From a virus (taxonomy: Duplodnaviria > Heunggongvirae > Uroviricota > Caudoviricetes), in the IMG/VR virus record IMGVR_UViG_3300042940_001739: a stretch of DNA of 36,031 nt, one strand, 5' to 3'. The notes under the pieces are model-generated. The model ran no database searches, had not been told where the DNA came from, and saw nothing but the letters and a program-made list of their open reading frames with translations. Made by a program: the position numbers and the translations under genes. Every line of letters starts with the position of its first letter. Within the stretch, counting starts at the first letter, position 1. This document shows positions 10,222 to 19,418 of the stretch, in pieces.

Positions 10222-10829
10222 TGAGATTTAAACTATATTATACAGCTGATGAAATAACAACTAATTTATATACATCTGGTTCTGAATTTATGACCGAAGA
10301 TAATATAGAGTATCGTGGATTATATCATAGTTATATTACCGGAGAAGTATATACCGGGGCTGAATGGAATTCTAAAATATCAAAAAAACTTATTAAATGG
10401 CGTGATGTAACAACTAAGAATGCTGTATATCAAAATCTGAAGCCAGCAGAATTAGTATTTGATGTGCCGAGTCCAACAATTATATCAATAACTATACAAC
10501 ATATTAAAGCAGGTTTAATTGATCGTTATTTCATAAAAAAATATAATGACACACATATAATGGAAATTGATTTAACTCAGTATGAAAAATGGCTATCAAA
10601 AAAAATTGATTCTGTTGTTTATTCAGCTGTTAAAATTCCATGGTCTATAACCGGCCCTATAGATGATGAATTAGTAAATGGTACATTAATTAAAGGAATT
10701 AGAAATAAGAATTTGTTACAAGTTATTTCTGCAAATAGTAAAATGCCAGGATTATCTAATTTCTTAACTAACCCATTACAATTTTATCAAGATACATCAT
10801 TTACGATTCCAAAAGATATCAATGAATAA
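10221..10829 (+). CDS. Hypothetical virion-associated protein
   Basis: ORF; start chosen at ATG 10221 (TAATG overlap) rather than 10194; last gene of the tail operon. Confidence 0.55.
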   Translation: MRFKLYYTADEITTNLYTSGSEFMTEDNIEYRGLYHSYITGEVYTGAEWNSKISKKLIKWRDVTTKNAVYQNLKPAELVFDVPSPTIISITIQHIKAGLIDRYFIKKYNDTHIMEIDLTQYEKWLSKKIDSVVYSAVKIPWSITGPIDDELVNGTLIKGIRNKNLLQVISANSKMPGLSNFLTNPLQFYQDTSFTIPKDINE

Positions 10830-10830
10830 C

Positions 10831-10859
10831 TTGGATTTCTGAAAATTTATCTTTATTAT
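10831..10859 (+). promoter_or_regulatory. Sigma70-like promoter TTGGAT-N17-TATTAT
   Basis: 17-nt spacer; member of the recurrent TT(T/G)G class; 8 nt before ATG 10868. Confidence 0.65.
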
Positions 10860-10867
10860 ACATATGT

Positions 10868-12190
10868 ATGATAGTAGATACTGAAGATGAACTAAACGGA
10901 TTATTCGAATACATACAAGGTCGTAAAACTTTGTTAGTCCCTATATTAGCGGATTCTCAGAAACATGCTTCAATTAATAGAGTTTCGTGTATATACATTT
11001 ATACCGAAGATGATGTAGAACGCATTGTGCCTATCAATCATACAGAACAAGTACGCCCCTTCCAAGAACATTTACAACGGTTTCTAGATCTAACTGACAT
11101 CTTTGTTTATGATAAAAAACAGTGGCTTCAAATAGGAGGTAATGGGTCTGTATGGGATGTAAAGACTTTGTGGTGGTATACTTATAATGAAGCATATGAT
11201 GAAACTCATTATTATACGCCAGCTCATCAGTTTTATTGGAGGCGACATACCGCATTACCAAATGTAAATGCAGTAATACCTTTGATGCAACATTTAGCAA
11301 TGTGTCAAAAAATTAGAAAGTATGCTTGGCCAATGTGTATGAATGTCAAACTTACAGATTCATATTTATTGTTTAATTCTACATATCCGACAACATTTGC
11401 AGACATAGAACGAAATGGTCTTCACGTTACGGCAGACTTTAAAATGCCGGAGCTTGTTACAAATGAATTAGTGTATACAAATTATCATTATCATACAACG
11501 ACAGGACGACCTAGTAACGCATTTCGAGGATTTAATTATGCGGCCATGAATAAAGAAGATGGAACAAGAGATTCATTTGTAACTAGATTTGAACGAGGTG
11601 CATTAGTTGAAATGGACTTTGATGCATACCACGTAAGGTTAATTGCTCGTTTAATTGGCTATGCATTACCAGACGGATCAGTGCACGAATATTTTGGTAG
11701 ATTTTATTTTGATAGTAAACAATTGACTGATGAGCAATATGAACAAAGCAAACAAATCACGTTCCGTTTATTGTACGGAGGTATTGACAAAGAATTTTTA
11801 GAAATTCCATTTTTCAAAAAAGTAAATGATTTTATTTATGATTTATGGCGTCAGTGGAAAGCAAAGTCATATATAAAAACGCCAATATTAAAAAGAAGAA
11901 TAAGTTCAGATGCTGTACAGAACATGACAGCAAACAAATTGTTCAACTATTATTTACAAGCAACCGAAACAGAAGTGTCTGTACAGAAACTACAAGCAGT
12001 TCAACGAGTATTGCAAGGTCATGAAACTTGCATAATACTTTATACATATGACTCCGTTTTATTTGATGTTCCATTAACCGAAGCTAAAGAAATGCTACCT
12101 GCAATTAAAAATGCATTAGAGGCAGGCAATTTCCCGGTAAAAGTTAAAGTTGGCAATATTTATAGTAAAATGGATACTATCTCGTTATGA
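10868..12190 (+). CDS. Minimal, divergent family A DNA polymerase-like protein
   Basis: TTTGRPS, motif A EMDFDAYHVR, motif B SKQITFRLLYGG, NYYLQ, motif C YTYDSVLFDV; no recognisable exonuclease acidic motifs. Confidence 0.85.
   Translation: MIVDTEDELNGLFEYIQGRKTLLVPILADSQKHASINRVSCIYIYTEDDVERIVPINHTEQVRPFQEHLQRFLDLTDIFVYDKKQWLQIGGNGSVWDVKTLWWYTYNEAYDETHYYTPAHQFYWRRHTALPNVNAVIPLMQHLAMCQKIRKYAWPMCMNVKLTDSYLLFNSTYPTTFADIERNGLHVTADFKMPELVTNELVYTNYHYHTTTGRPSNAFRGFNYAAMNKEDGTRDSFVTRFERGALVEMDFDAYHVRLIARLIGYALPDGSVHEYFGRFYFDSKQLTDEQYEQSKQITFRLLYGGIDKEFLEIPFFKKVNDFIYDLWRQWKAKSYIKTPILKRRISSDAVQNMTANKLFNYYLQATETEVSVQKLQAVQRVLQGHETCIILYTYDSVLFDVPLTEAKEMLPAIKNALEAGNFPVKVKVGNIYSKMDTISL
12156..12169 (+). 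promoter_or_regulatory. Putative late promoter ATATTTATAGTAAA inside the polA 3' end
   Basis: 13/14 match to the recurrent motif, 17 nt before ATG 12187. Confidence 0.6.
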
Positions 12191-13413
12191 ACATCAACTC
12201 AATACTAACAGAATGGCAATTTAGACTTCCGTCAGGATATCCAACTCAAGCATCTGACTATAAACTTTTAGAACAAATATTAGTTGAACAAGGGGTAGAT
12301 TCAGAAGAAGCTGAACAAATTGCACAGCGTGCTCAAAATGCTAATGATACAACAGCTTCTAGATTTAATGAAATCGGATTGTCAGACAATATAGTTCAAC
12401 AAATTGAAGCAATCTATTCAAATTTTAGTCCTCAAGAACGTAGTGACTTTGACAAAAATTACAGAACACATTCAGTACAATCATATATACAAGGAGGCTA
12501 TCGTCCATTTCAGAAGTTTTATACTGTAATTGATACAACTAAAACTGCGGGTGCGATGGGTAAAGGCGAAGTACAAACATTGTTAGCAGTTGCAGGATCT
12601 AAACCAGGCGGCACTGCACAACATGATATTGTAATGGCAGAAGGTGAGTGGGAGATTAAAGAAGTTGGTAAAGCAAAATCAAATTCAAAAACATTCCGAC
12701 CAGCAAAATCAGGAGTACCTAAACAAGGAGATTTGCTTTACGAAACAGTTGATTTTTTCAATAACATCGTAATACCATTTTCTAAAATGGGAGATGCATT
12801 TGAAGATTTGAAACAATCAGTTGATGATCATTCTTGGGATAAGTTGCGAGAATTTATAACAGTATTAAATGAGTCATTTGTACCTTTAATTGATAATGTT
12901 TCCCGAAAGGAAATTAGTTATAGTTCTGGTTGGCAAACAATGTATGATGGATACAGAAGACTAAACAAAATATTCTGGCAAAGTGATTTAGATGTTGATA
13001 TTCAAGATACACGATTATCAATTAAAAGTCAAGACAAAGAATCATCATTTTGGATTGATACAAATGATTATGCTAAAATACAACAAGCATCTGGGGATGT
13101 AAACCCGGTAAGTGTTAATATTGGTTCTTCAATTGATGATGAAACATCAAATTCAGTTATCTGGTTTACTAAAATAAAACATAGCCAATTGATAAAAACA
13201 CCGGATACAATGATATCATTGTTAGATGCAACTAAAATAAGCTTCTTTAATGAATTGCTAGGACTTATTATATATGATATAGCAGCACCAGGAGTACCAA
13301 TTGCAACCACAGCAGCACAATGGTCTATTGTTGGTTTGACACAAGGTATGTGGACATTTGGACTAACAAAATCATTTTCAGAAAAATATACAATAATACA
13401 CTTACAAAACTAA
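12187..13413 (+). CDS. Hypothetical protein with a putative PD-(D/E)xK nuclease core
   Basis: MGKGEV...HDIVMAEGEWEIKEV resembles an E...D...ExK catalytic arrangement. Confidence 0.5.
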   Translation: MNINSILTEWQFRLPSGYPTQASDYKLLEQILVEQGVDSEEAEQIAQRAQNANDTTASRFNEIGLSDNIVQQIEAIYSNFSPQERSDFDKNYRTHSVQSYIQGGYRPFQKFYTVIDTTKTAGAMGKGEVQTLLAVAGSKPGGTAQHDIVMAEGEWEIKEVGKAKSNSKTFRPAKSGVPKQGDLLYETVDFFNNIVIPFSKMGDAFEDLKQSVDDHSWDKLREFITVLNESFVPLIDNVSRKEISYSSGWQTMYDGYRRLNKIFWQSDLDVDIQDTRLSIKSQDKESSFWIDTNDYAKIQQASGDVNPVSVNIGSSIDDETSNSVIWFTKIKHSQLIKTPDTMISLLDATKISFFNELLGLIIYDIAAPGVPIATTAAQWSIVGLTQGMWTFGLTKSFSEKYTIIHLQN

Positions 13414-13428
13414 TACAGGATATGCAAA

Positions 13429-13815
13429 TTGAAAACTCAATTATTATGCACCTTTGCACATAGAACAGATTTAAACATAGTTACAGAATATATTCAAGCT
13501 AACTACGAGATACCAGAACAAAGAATATTTGTATTCTCAAATGCTAATGTACAAGACAATTTATATTGTACATATAATGCTAATGAAACTTCAAGAAGAG
13601 GTCAGAATACAATAAGCATCCACCGCAAGAAAGAAACTAATACATTATATACTGTAAATGCACTTAATGAAGTGATTAGAGTGGTAAACAACGGTGTATT
13701 AGACAAAACATATCAATTGGATTGGACCAATTATCAAAACTCATTTATCCTTACTGATGATGATAGTTTTCGTATTATTCCATTAATATTTTTCAAGAAA
13801 CTTTCTTGGAAGTAA
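13429..13815 (+). CDS. Hypothetical protein (TTG start)
   Basis: 128-aa ORF filling the gap, with AGGA upstream. Confidence 0.65.
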   Translation: MKTQLLCTFAHRTDLNIVTEYIQANYEIPEQRIFVFSNANVQDNLYCTYNANETSRRGQNTISIHRKKETNTLYTVNALNEVIRVVNNGVLDKTYQLDWTNYQNSFILTDDDSFRIIPLIFFKKLSWK

Positions 13816-13816
13816 C

Positions 13817-13872
13817 ATATTTATAATAAATTACACAATTAACTTTGATTTATCCCATTTATTAATTATAAT
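13817..13872 (+). promoter_or_regulatory. Dual promoter for SSB: late motif ATATTTATAATAAA (13817-13830) and TTTGAT-N17-TATAAT (13844-13872)
   Basis: Both recurrent motif classes occur in one intergenic region. Confidence 0.6.
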
Positions 13873-13920
13873 TAATAAGTAAACAAGTATATTATTAACT
13901 AATTAACCAAAGGCAGAATT

Positions 13921-14697
13921 ATGGCTTTAAATTTAGACGCTATCAAAGCGAAACTTAATCAGTTGAACAAAGCTGATGACAAAAAACAAAATTTGTGGAA
14001 ACCTGAAGCAGGTAAGACACGTATTAGAATTGTACCTTATGTACACCGAAAAGACAATCCATTCTTAGAATTGTATTTTCATTATGACATTGCAAAACGT
14101 TCAATGTTATCTCCAATCACATTTGGCAACGCAGATCCAATTGTTGAATTCGCAGACAAACTTAAGAAAACTGGTGACAAAGACGAGTGGTTAATGGGTC
14201 GTAAAATCGAACCTAAAATGAGAACTTATGTTCCTGTAATCGTTCGTGGCAAAGAATCAGAAGGAGTTAAGTTTTGGGGATTCGGAAAACAAATTTACAC
14301 AGAATTATTATCAATCATTTCAGATCCTGATTATGGCGACATTACAGATTTGATGAATGGTCGTGATATTGATGTTGAATTTACTCCAGCAGAAGGCGCT
14401 AACTTCCCAAAAACATCAATCCGTGTTAAACCTAACACTCAACCAGCAACCGAAGACAAATCAATTGCTGAGAAAATCATGAATCAACCAGAAATCACTG
14501 ATTTATTCCCTGAACCGACTTATGACGAATTAGAAAAAGCATTAGCTGAATGGATGAACCCAGAAACAGCAGATGCAGACGTTTCTTCATCAACACCAGA
14601 AGTTGAAACTAGCGAAACTAGTGCACCTGCAAAAGCAGCTCCTGCTGCTAAAGTAGAAGATGTAGCATCGGCATTTGACGACTTATTCAATAACTAG
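13921..14697 (+). CDS. Single-stranded DNA-binding protein (T4 gp32-like)
   Basis: WKPEAGKTRIRIVP, GVKFWGFGK, DITDLMNGRDI; acidic tail ending AFDDLFNN. Confidence 0.85.
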   Translation: MALNLDAIKAKLNQLNKADDKKQNLWKPEAGKTRIRIVPYVHRKDNPFLELYFHYDIAKRSMLSPITFGNADPIVEFADKLKKTGDKDEWLMGRKIEPKMRTYVPVIVRGKESEGVKFWGFGKQIYTELLSIISDPDYGDITDLMNGRDIDVEFTPAEGANFPKTSIRVKPNTQPATEDKSIAEKIMNQPEITDLFPEPTYDELEKALAEWMNPETADADVSSSTPEVETSETSAPAKAAPAAKVEDVASAFDDLFNN

Positions 14698-14706
14698 GAG
14701 TAAGCC

Positions 14707-15870
14707 ATGGCAAAGAGCAAAAGTAAATCAGAACTGGAAGACAGTTTAGCAAACACCCTTGCGGAAAGCATTAACAAGCAATTTAAAGGGCAAGCATTAA
14801 AGACTGCATTCTTTTTAGCTGGAGATGATGATTCTCCTAGCAATGTTAAAGATTGGATTTCATCAGGTTCAGATACGCTCGATTTGGCAATTTCTAACCG
14901 ACCGAACGGAGGATTCCCAGTAGGTCGGATTACCGAAATTACGGGTTTAGAAGCATCTGGTAAATCTTTATTAGCATCTCATGCACTAGCAGAAACTCAA
15001 AAGAAAGGCGGACTAGCAGTATATATAGATACTGAGTCAGCAACTAGTTCTGAGTTCCTTGAAGCGATTGGATGTGATTTAAAAACCATGTTGTATGTTC
15101 CGTTAGAAACAATTGAAGAAATATTTGAAACTATTGAAACAATTGTTGAAGGAGTTCGTAAATCAAATAAAGATCGTTTAGTTACAATTGTAGTAGATTC
15201 AGTAATGGGTGCTTCAACAAAAATTGAAATGGCTGCTGAATATGATAAAGATGGTTATGCAACAAGTAAATCAATTATCTTATCAAAAGCTATGCGTAAA
15301 GTTACTAACTGGATTGCACGAGAAAACATTTGTTTGATTTTCACAAATCAGTTAAGAACTAAATTAGGTGTGTCATTTGGTGACCAATGGACAACTGCAG
15401 GAGGAAAAGCAATTCCATTCCACGCATCAGTAAGACTTCGTTTAAAAAATACAGGAATGATCAAAGCTAAAATGAATGGCGTAGAGCAAGTTGTAGGAAG
15501 TAAAACAGAAGTTCAAGTTGTGAAGAATCGTATGGGACCGCCGCACCGCAAAGTTAATTATGATATTTACTATGATAGTGGTATTGATAATTATGGTGGT
15601 TGGTTAGAGTTAATGAAAAAGTTTGACTTAGTTAAACAATCAGGAGCTTGGTACACATTGGAAGACATCGACCATGAAACAGGTGAAGTATTTGGTGAGG
15701 TTAAATTCCAAAGCAAAGATTTCATTGAAAAGGTAATGCAAGATACTAAAGTTAAAGACCGTTTATACAAAAGAATATGTGATGCATATATCTTCAAGTA
15801 TCAAGCAGGAATTGACGGAGGCATTGACGACGTTATTATTACAGAAGAAGTTATAGACGAAGAAGGATAA
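14707..15870 (+). CDS. uvsX: RecA/UvsX recombinase
   Basis: GGFPVGRITEITGLEASGKS (Walker A), YIDTE, IVVDSV, IFTNQLR, GGKAIPFHASVR, KNRMGPP. Confidence 0.95.
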   Translation: MAKSKSKSELEDSLANTLAESINKQFKGQALKTAFFLAGDDDSPSNVKDWISSGSDTLDLAISNRPNGGFPVGRITEITGLEASGKSLLASHALAETQKKGGLAVYIDTESATSSEFLEAIGCDLKTMLYVPLETIEEIFETIETIVEGVRKSNKDRLVTIVVDSVMGASTKIEMAAEYDKDGYATSKSIILSKAMRKVTNWIARENICLIFTNQLRTKLGVSFGDQWTTAGGKAIPFHASVRLRLKNTGMIKAKMNGVEQVVGSKTEVQVVKNRMGPPHRKVNYDIYYDSGIDNYGGWLELMKKFDLVKQSGAWYTLEDIDHETGEVFGEVKFQSKDFIEKVMQDTKVKDRLYKRICDAYIFKYQAGIDGGIDDVIITEEVIDEEG

Positions 15871-16931
15871 TGAATAAGTATCAGCAACTCTTCAAACAGT
15901 TACAATTAGAAAAGGAACAGGGTCCGTCAGATGTGAACGATCATATCATGGTATTTGACGGACTCAATACCTTTATTCGTGCATTTGGAGCAACACCGTC
16001 AACTAATGAAGATGGCGAACATATTGGAGGAATCACAGGATTCTTGTATTCAATTGGTAAAGCAGTTCGAGACTTTAAACCAAGCAGATGCGTTATTGTA
16101 TTTGATGGTAGAGGTGGTTCTGCTCGAAGAAAAAAGATTTACGGAGATTATAAAGGTAATAGAGCTAATAAAACTAGATTGCGTCGACATGATCATCAAC
16201 AATTTCCAAGTTTAGAAGATGAACAAGAAGCAATGCGTTGGCAATTTAGTCGATTAGTATCTTACTTAGATAATTTGCCAGTAACATTTTTAGCAATTGA
16301 CGGAATCGAAGCTGATGACACTATTGCATATATTGCTCAAATGTATCAACCAATTAGCAAAAAGATTACAATTGTTTCTACGGATAGAGATTTTTATCAA
16401 TTAATAAGTCCTCAATTGCAGGTTTGGTCTCCAATCAAAAAGAAAATGTATAATGAAGAAGCATTGATTGAAGAATTTGGGGTTCATCCGAATAACTATG
16501 TTGTATACAGGACATTCACAGGAGATAACTCAGATAATATACCAGGCGTAGCAGGTATAGGTCCTAAAACAATTCTAAAATCATTTCCGGAGTTACAATC
16601 AACTGAAGAATTTACTTTAGAAGATTTGCAAAATAAATGTAACAGCAAAATTGCATTAAATGAAACAAAAAATTATCAAAAGGTTCTAGACAACTTTGAC
16701 ACTATTGATAAGAATTATCGTTTAATGAATATCAAGTTATTGAATATACCAGCACAAAATGCATCAACGATTAGAGGTATATTGCAACAACCAATACCCG
16801 ACTTAAATAAAATGGAGTTCCAAAGAATGTTCATGGAAGATAAGATGTGGGGTACAATGAAAAATTTACCAGAGTGGTTAAACAACACTTGGTTATCTTT
16901 AAGCGCGTTCGCGAAACAAACACACAAGTAA
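15870..16931 (+). CDS. rnh: 5'-3' exonuclease / flap endonuclease (T4 RNase H-like)
   Basis: FDGLN, VFDG, YKGNR, EADDTI, STDRDFYQL, GDNSDNIPGVAGIGPKT. Confidence 0.93.
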   Translation: MNKYQQLFKQLQLEKEQGPSDVNDHIMVFDGLNTFIRAFGATPSTNEDGEHIGGITGFLYSIGKAVRDFKPSRCVIVFDGRGGSARRKKIYGDYKGNRANKTRLRRHDHQQFPSLEDEQEAMRWQFSRLVSYLDNLPVTFLAIDGIEADDTIAYIAQMYQPISKKITIVSTDRDFYQLISPQLQVWSPIKKKMYNEEALIEEFGVHPNNYVVYRTFTGDNSDNIPGVAGIGPKTILKSFPELQSTEEFTLEDLQNKCNSKIALNETKNYQKVLDNFDTIDKNYRLMNIKLLNIPAQNASTIRGILQQPIPDLNKMEFQRMFMEDKMWGTMKNLPEWLNNTWLSLSAFAKQTHK

Positions 16932-16933
16932 AC

Positions 16934-16962
16934 TTTGGTTTACAACATATTTTTAATATAAT
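16934..16962 (+). promoter_or_regulatory. Sigma70-like promoter TTTGGT-N17-TATAAT
   Basis: Perfect -10 box, 6 nt before ATG 16969. Confidence 0.65.
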
Positions 16963-16968
16963 TGTTAC

Positions 16969-18324
16969 ATGACAGACAAATTAAGTGAATACGGATGGGG
17001 CTTTCAAGTTAAAGTTATAGCCGCTATGTTTACAGATAGATTATTTTTACAACAAATTGCAGATATAATTCAAGCAGATTATTTTGAATCAGATGCAAAT
17101 ATTTGGTTGTTAGAAATAGTTTTGAAACATTTCCGTGAATATAAATGTCCCCCATCTAAAGATGTATTAAAAGTAAAAATTACAGAGGTTGAGAATGACA
17201 TTCTTAAAACTGCAATATTGGAACAACTTAAAGAAGTGTTTCGATATATGGAGTCGGATGACTTAAACTTTGTTAAAGATGAAATTTTAAGTTTTTGTAA
17301 AAATCAAGAAATCAAACGAGCAATTATGGACTCGGTTGGGTTACTCAAAATGGGTAGCTATGATGAAATTAAAACTAAGATTGATAGTGCAATGAAAGCC
17401 GGAGCTGATACAAATATTGGATTAGATTATAAAGAAAATATTTCAGCTCGTTATGCAGAAGCATCTAGACATACAATTACTACAGGTTGGGATGTTGTTG
17501 ATGATTTAATGGACGGTGGATTAGCTCGAGGTGAATTAGGAGTAGTAATGGCACCTGCAGGTATCGGTAAATCTTGGCTTCTTATTAATATTGGCGCTAA
17601 TGCAATAAAAGCAGGACATACAGTAATACACTATACATTAGAGCTTAATGAAAACTATGTAGGACAACGTTATGATTCAGTGTTGACAGGTATTAATGCA
17701 CAGACATTGAAACATCATCAAGACACAGTTGAAGAAAAAATGAAAACGTTGCGAGGTGATTTAATTGTAAAATACTTCCCAACAAAATCAATTGGCGTGA
17801 TGGGTTTAAAAGCACATTTAGAAAAGACAATGATGCTAGGAAAGAAACCTGCACTAGTAATTGTGGATTATGGTGACTTGTTAAAGATCAATGTTAAAAA
17901 GGACAAGCACGAAGCATTAGAAGAACTTTACGAGGAGTTACGTGGAATGGCTGGGGAATATGACATTCCATTATGGACCGCATCACAAGCAGGTAGATCG
18001 GCATTAGAAGACGATATTATCGAAGCAGACAAAATTGCATCTTCATATGGTAAAGTGATGGTTGCTGACTTTTTAATGTCACTTTCTAGAAAAGTTGAAG
18101 ATAAGATGTCAGGCACAGGTAGAGGTCACGTTATTAAAAATAGATTTGGTCCTGATGGTATTACTTTACCAAGTAAAATCAACACAAACAATGGACAATT
18201 TCAATTCTTTGAACCACAAACAACTCAAGGTAAACAAACAACTCAAGTTATGAAAAGTGGCGAAAATATTATGAAGAAAAACTTGGCTCAAAAGTTCAAG
18301 GACATGGGCGGAAGTTTAGGTTAA
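16969..18324 (+). CDS. Replicative DnaB-family helicase (T4 gp41-like)
   Basis: GGLARGELGVVMAPAGIGKS, YTLEL, IVDYGDLL, WTASQ, IKNRFG. Confidence 0.93.
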   Translation: MTDKLSEYGWGFQVKVIAAMFTDRLFLQQIADIIQADYFESDANIWLLEIVLKHFREYKCPPSKDVLKVKITEVENDILKTAILEQLKEVFRYMESDDLNFVKDEILSFCKNQEIKRAIMDSVGLLKMGSYDEIKTKIDSAMKAGADTNIGLDYKENISARYAEASRHTITTGWDVVDDLMDGGLARGELGVVMAPAGIGKSWLLINIGANAIKAGHTVIHYTLELNENYVGQRYDSVLTGINAQTLKHHQDTVEEKMKTLRGDLIVKYFPTKSIGVMGLKAHLEKTMMLGKKPALVIVDYGDLLKINVKKDKHEALEELYEELRGMAGEYDIPLWTASQAGRSALEDDIIEADKIASSYGKVMVADFLMSLSRKVEDKMSGTGRGHVIKNRFGPDGITLPSKINTNNGQFQFFEPQTTQGKQTTQVMKSGENIMKKNLAQKFKDMGGSLG

Positions 18325-18343
18325 AATGATATTTATTTAAAAT

Positions 18344-18375
18344 AAGGTTCGGGAGTATTTACCCGACCTTTTTTT
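18344..18375 (+). terminator. Rho-independent terminator after helicase
   Basis: AAGGTTCGGG-AGTATTTA-CCCGACCTTTTTTT (one bulge) with U tract. Confidence 0.8.
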
Positions 18376-18417
18376 GTCTATAATAAAGTTTTAAAAATTA
18401 AAAAGATTTGTATTACA

Positions 18418-19407
18418 ATGGAAGTTTCAACAACAAAAAGTAAAATTTTAACACCAAGATTACCATTTAAGCCATTTGATTATCAGTGGGCTTATGATTA
18501 TTGGTTTCAACAACAAAATGCGCATTGGATGTTCCAAGAAATCAATATGCAAAAAGATATTGGCGATTGGAAATCTGAGTTAAATGAGCAAGAGAAAAGT
18601 GTAGTCGGAAACATTTTAAAAGGATTCTTCCAATCAGAAACACAGATTGCTGATTATTGGAGTACTTATGTAACTAAATGGTTCCCAATTCCAGAAATTA
18701 AAATGATGGCAATTACATTTGGTTCATTTGAAACAATTCATGCAGTAGCCTATTCGTATTTGAATGAAGTATTACACCTAGAAGATTATGAAGCATTTTT
18801 ACATGATACTGCAATCATGGCAAAATTGGAAATGCTAATCAATGTTGATGACAATGATACATCTCTAGAAAATATTGCTCGTTCATTAGCTTTATTTTCA
18901 GCTTGTGCAGAAGGAATTCAATTGTTTTCTAGCTTTGCTATTATGCTGTCATTGCGCAAGAAAAACTTAATGACAGGAATTGGACAACAAATGATTTTTT
19001 CAATCCGAGATGAATCTTTACATTCAGAAGCTGGTTGCAAATTGTTTAGAACATTGATTGAGGAAAATCCACAAATTTGGACAGAACAATTACGCAATGA
19101 TATTAAAGATGGTTTTGGTTTAGCATTGTCAAATGAATTTAATTTTATTGACAAAGTTTTTGAAATGGGAGATTTAGATACTATTACTAAAGCACAAGTT
19201 AAAAACTTCATGTATGATCGAGCTAATAGAAAATTACGTGAGCTAGGCATTACTGATTTAACATATGATGTGAATGAAGAATTGTTATTAGAAATGGATT
19301 GGTTCTATATTTTAGTATCAGGCGAACAACAAACAGACTTTTTCTTTAACAGAGAAACCGGATATGCAAAACCAAATGCAGATTGGGAAACAGAAGATTT
19401 ATTTTAA
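18418..19407 (+). CDS. nrdB: Class I ribonucleotide reductase beta subunit
   Basis: ETIHAVAY (ExxH plus radical Tyr), EGIQLFSSF, IRDESLH, C-terminal DFF..RETGY. Confidence 0.95.
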   Translation: MEVSTTKSKILTPRLPFKPFDYQWAYDYWFQQQNAHWMFQEINMQKDIGDWKSELNEQEKSVVGNILKGFFQSETQIADYWSTYVTKWFPIPEIKMMAITFGSFETIHAVAYSYLNEVLHLEDYEAFLHDTAIMAKLEMLINVDDNDTSLENIARSLALFSACAEGIQLFSSFAIMLSLRKKNLMTGIGQQMIFSIRDESLHSEAGCKLFRTLIEENPQIWTEQLRNDIKDGFGLALSNEFNFIDKVFEMGDLDTITKAQVKNFMYDRANRKLRELGITDLTYDVNEELLLEMDWFYILVSGEQQTDFFFNRETGYAKPNADWETEDLF

Positions 19408-19418
19408 AGAACAAATAT

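Noticed and set aside
187-10829. Interpretation as a bacterial extracellular contractile injection system or tailocin
   Set aside because: The module is contiguous with a T4-like replisome and phage-type promoters, so it is a phage tail module.
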